Part shown: positions 61,393 through 64,000 of the stretch, piece after piece
Position numbering within the stretch: position 1 is the first letter of the stretch
Layout of the letters: every line of letters starts with the position of its first letter
Origin: Desulfatiglandales bacterium
GTDB taxonomy: Bacteria > Desulfobacterota > DSM-4660 > Desulfatiglandales > HGW-15
Length of the DNA stretch: 64,000 nt
Reading direction: 5' to 3'
NCBI GenBank assembly: GCA_963667015.2
Contig: CAXXJJ010000004.1
Location: 1,568,001 to 1,632,000, forward strand
Notes under the pieces: model-generated
Seen by the model: the letters and a program-made list of their open reading frames with translations, nothing else
What the model was told of the DNA's origin: nothing
Databases searched by the model: none
Position numbers and translations under genes: made by a program

Positions 61393-62469
61393 TTACCGGA
61401 AATCCATAATAAATCGTTTATTACAGGATTTACATAAATTATTAAGACGGATTTGAAACCCGTCTCTACCTTTGTAAGATCGAATAAAATTTTTATACTC
61501 TTTTTTGTGCCATATTGTATTTAATGTCTCTCCAGCGATATTCCCGAAGGAGAAACTCTCCAGCTTCTTCCTTTGGCCATTAAAATAATAATAATTTTTT
61601 CCTGTCACCGGAATAAGTCCCATTACACATGGGGAGACAGATCCGTCTGATCCTATAACAACAGCCCTTTCTATATTTTCAGAGCAGAATGATTCTTCCA
61701 TTAATGGAGAGACAATATTAAAGGCGATACCCGGGTGGAGACGGGTTTGAAAGCCGTCTCCACAATCATAACAATCTTGTTTTATATCCTTAAAAACATC
61801 CATTAGGTCCCTGTTTTCATGTTCATCAGATGCCATGAGGGTCTCCTTTTGCAGAGATTCATTCACTACAAGGGAAAGAGAACTTATAACCGTCTGATCG
61901 ACTCCTGCATTTTCTAAAAAAGCAGGCAGCATTTGAATATCATCAAGGGACGACCTGAGAAGCATATAGGCAACATGTATTTTGGGTTTATCAGCCGATT
62001 TACCGGCTTTGATCCTGTGAAATTCATCAATGCATTTGAGCACCTTTCTTATTTGAGTCCCTTTACGTATTGAATCATTCTTCTCATCTATACCGGCCAG
62101 TGAAAAACCTATTATATCAAGACCCTCGTCAATGAGTTCACTTATTTTTTCAGATTCAAGCAATGTGCCGTTGGTGGTTGTACCCACAATGCAACCTGCC
62201 CGCTTAGCAAGGCGCAGAAACTCCATAAAATGAGGATGGGTAAATGGCTCTCCCCACCCCTGCAAATAAACCAGTTTTGTTTTGTCAAAGGCCGGGATCA
62301 AATTTCTGTAAAGTTCAATAGGCAAAAGCCTGTTTTGCCAGTTATTGCTGTATTCTGTATGAGGGCAGTAAATACATTCCGCATTGCAGAAAGAACTGAC
62401 TTCGACCTGAATCCAGTCCAGATAAGGATATGATTTTTTAAAGAACATCATGAGTGTCCCCAAAAACAA
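61393..62469 (-). CDS. Radical SAM/SPASM domain protein (start uncertain)
   Basis: CNAECIYC, LQGWGEPF, TTNGTLL, DGSVSPC, FGNI, CKSC. Confidence 0.88.
   Translation of the reverse strand: MFLGTLMMFFKKSYPYLDWIQVEVSSFCNAECIYCPHTEYSNNWQNRLLPIELYRNLIPAFDKTKLVYLQGWGEPFTHPHFMEFLRLAKRAGCIVGTTTNGTLLESEKISELIDEGLDIIGFSLAGIDEKNDSIRKGTQIRKVLKCIDEFHRIKAGKSADKPKIHVAYMLLRSSLDDIQMLPAFLENAGVDQTVISSLSLVVNESLQKETLMASDEHENRDLMDVFKDIKQDCYDCGDGFQTRLHPGIAFNIVSPLMEESFCSENIERAVVIGSDGSVSPCVMGLIPVTGKNYYYFNGQRKKLESFSFGNIAGETLNTIWHKKEYKNFIRSYKGRDGFQIRLNNLCKSCNKRFIMDFR
61445..61469 (-). repeat. GTAG-type REP inside a CDS
   Basis: Reverse complement GTAGAGACGGGTTTCAAATCCGTCT, 24/25 identical to 1609-1633; encodes GRDGFQIRL. 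Confidence 0.8.
61735..61763 (-). repeat. GTAG-type REP inside a CDS
   Basis: Reverse complement GTGGAGACGGCTTTCAAACCCGTCTCCAC; encodes CGDGFQTRLH. Confidence 0.8.
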
Positions 62470-62509
62470 GAATAACTATTTCAAGTTATAAAGTTTAATA
62501 AGAGGTAAT

Positions 62510-62723
62510 CCGTCATACCCGAGCAGGCTGTGTCGTAATTCCGAAATTGCCAATTATAACAAATTATTGAAGAGTCTTGCGTAGGGTCGGGATTTATTCC
62601 CGACCGGTTTTATTTAATAGCAACAGCATCCTAAAACTGGTGGGGTGTAAAACCCTACCCTACGAAAAAAATACATTGTCACCTTAAATGAATTGTGACA
62701 CAGCTTGTTCGCGGGAAAGACGG
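62510..62723. mobile_element. MITE-like element enclosing an inverted REP doublet
   Basis: Imperfect terminal IRs CCGTCATACCCGAGCAGGCTGTGTCGTAATT / AATTGTGACACAGCTTGTTCGCGGGAAAGACGG; inner REPs at 62580-62611 and 62633-62664. Confidence 0.6.
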
Positions 62724-62840
62724 AAGCAGAACTGCAATTCTTCATATTTTACCAGGTTATCATTAATGATTTTTTAAACAATGCAAACTTGTTTTCATTA
62801 TAGAATATATATTGATAATTGAAAAATGCACTAAATTATC

Positions 62841-63278
62841 TCACTTACACGGATGTTCAGGATTGCCTGAAAAATATTTCTTCAGCTTTATATCTACCTG
62901 CTTCTTTTCTTCCTCAGTCAATTTTTTATATTTTCGCTCGAAGTCCCAGCCATAGCCCCACCTGTACCAGTTATAGAAGTAAGGACTTCCTCCGAATCGT
63001 ACTCCGCTATATATAACCTTTGCCAGATTATCATTACCTGTTTTCTCACGAACACATTCCCGCAGTGCCTCATCCGCCTTTAATCGTTCTTCCTCTGTAC
63101 CGCCCTGCCAGTAGGCAATATCATGCTCAAAACAGCACTCACACCAGTCAGTCTTATCTATAAGAGAACTGTCCGGGAATAGCGTGCATCCGTCACTTTT
63201 AAAATCACTTATCTGTTTCCCGGACCCGTTGCATCCGGATACAAACAGGACCAGTAATATAATGATTATTCGATCCAT
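62841..63278 (-). CDS. Small lipoprotein with a phospholipase A2-like CCxxHD motif
   Basis: VSGC lipobox; SDGCT, CCFEHDIAY, ADEALRECV, GVRFGG. Confidence 0.65.
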   Translation of the reverse strand: MDRIIIILLVLFVSGCNGSGKQISDFKSDGCTLFPDSSLIDKTDWCECCFEHDIAYWQGGTEEERLKADEALRECVREKTGNDNLAKVIYSGVRFGGSPYFYNWYRWGYGWDFERKYKKLTEEEKKQVDIKLKKYFSGNPEHPCK

Positions 63279-63301
63279 GCGGCCTCATTCATGAATTGTT
63301 T

Positions 63302-63757
63302 TTACTTAACAAATCTTTCCATATCCAAATCTATGGAAATTAGTTTTTTAGACTCATCAGACTCAGGATCAATAATGATAAAATCCTCAAACTCAAAACC
63401 CGGGGCAACAGAACAGCCGGCAAGCACCCTATCTGAAACCGGTTCTGCCGCCTGCCAGATACCCGCTGGTACTATATGGCAAAAATTGTTACTTTCGGCT
63501 GATAATGTTATGCACTGCGGAGGGTTGTCAGTACCATCCCATATAAAGAGATTAAGTGCACTGCCCTGATAAAGGTTCCACACCTCGTCTGATGCAATCC
63601 TGTGAAACCTGCTTACTTCACCCGGTCTGAGTGAAAAATAAATATGTGTAAGTGCAGACCTGTTTTCGCCTGCCCGGGTTGTTACTATACTGGCTGATCT
63701 GAATACTTCAGAGAATCGCCCGCCTTCGGGATGATCTACAAGATTAACGGGTTTCAT
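63302..63757 (-). CDS. DUF985/Cupin_5 family protein
   Basis: HPEGGRF, FHRIASDEVWNLYQG, VPAGIWQAA, CSVAPGFEFEDF. Confidence 0.9.
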   Translation of the reverse strand: MKPVNLVDHPEGGRFSEVFRSASIVTTRAGENRSALTHIYFSLRPGEVSRFHRIASDEVWNLYQGSALNLFIWDGTDNPPQCITLSAESNNFCHIVPAGIWQAAEPVSDRVLAGCSVAPGFEFEDFIIIDPESDESKKLISIDLDMERFVK

Positions 63758-63856
63758 ATGTATTATATCCCCGGATTGGATTTTAATATAATTGTTTAAA
63801 GGGGTATTTGTTTATTTAATATACTGATAATAAAATACTTTTAATAGAGAACACCA

Positions 63857-64000
63857 TTACCCTCTTGTCATGGCGGCCCCGCACTTTGGGCACTTTTTCT
63901 CATAGCATGGCTGTCCGGGTTCATGTTTTGCCTTTTGGCCACAACCAGTACAGACACAATAACCACCAATACCCTGTCCGGTACCACCACGGCCTCTTCC
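63857..64000 (-). CDS. 3' end of a small Gly/Arg-rich Cys-cluster (zinc-ribbon-like) protein, truncated by the window edge
   Basis: Reads GRGRGGTGQGIGGYCVCTGCGQKAKHEPGQPCYEKKCPKCGAAMTRG*; not listed in the ORF track. Confidence 0.7.
   Translation of the reverse strand, partial: GRGRGGTGQGIGGYCVCTGCGQKAKHEPGQPCYEKKCPKCGAAMTRG

Noticed and set aside
1..64000. rRNA, tRNA, CRISPR or prophage genes
   Set aside because: None were recognisable by eye in this window.

Overview
64 kb of an anaerobic bacterium, most likely Desulfobacterota (inferred from acd-gcdA glutaryl-CoA genes, an HdrD-like Fe-S protein and two in-frame UGA selenoprotein genes). Metabolic genes include three xanthine-dehydrogenase-family loci (two of them duplicated Tat-exported ABC clusters), GH97, PPIase, nicotinamidase and a lytic transglycosylase. 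An accessory block at ~14.2-22.7 kb holds four attC-like hairpins that punctuate minus-strand genes (Schlafen/AlbA_2, thermonuclease-like, degenerate SIR2-like+TIR). This looks like an integron cassette array of candidate defence genes with no integrase in the window. It is interrupted by an ISL3 and followed by two TA modules. A second highlight is a five-gene operon (ECF sigma, anti-sigma with dockerin, cohesin-like protein, VIT-VWA lipoprotein, hypothetical) suggesting non-cellulosomal cohesin-dockerin signalling. Also seen: GTAG-type REP palindromes translated in-frame inside a radical SAM gene, a recurring TonB-box-like motif in non-receptor proteins, and several 1-nt frameshifts that may be sequencing errors. 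All family calls come from motifs read by eye; no searches were run.
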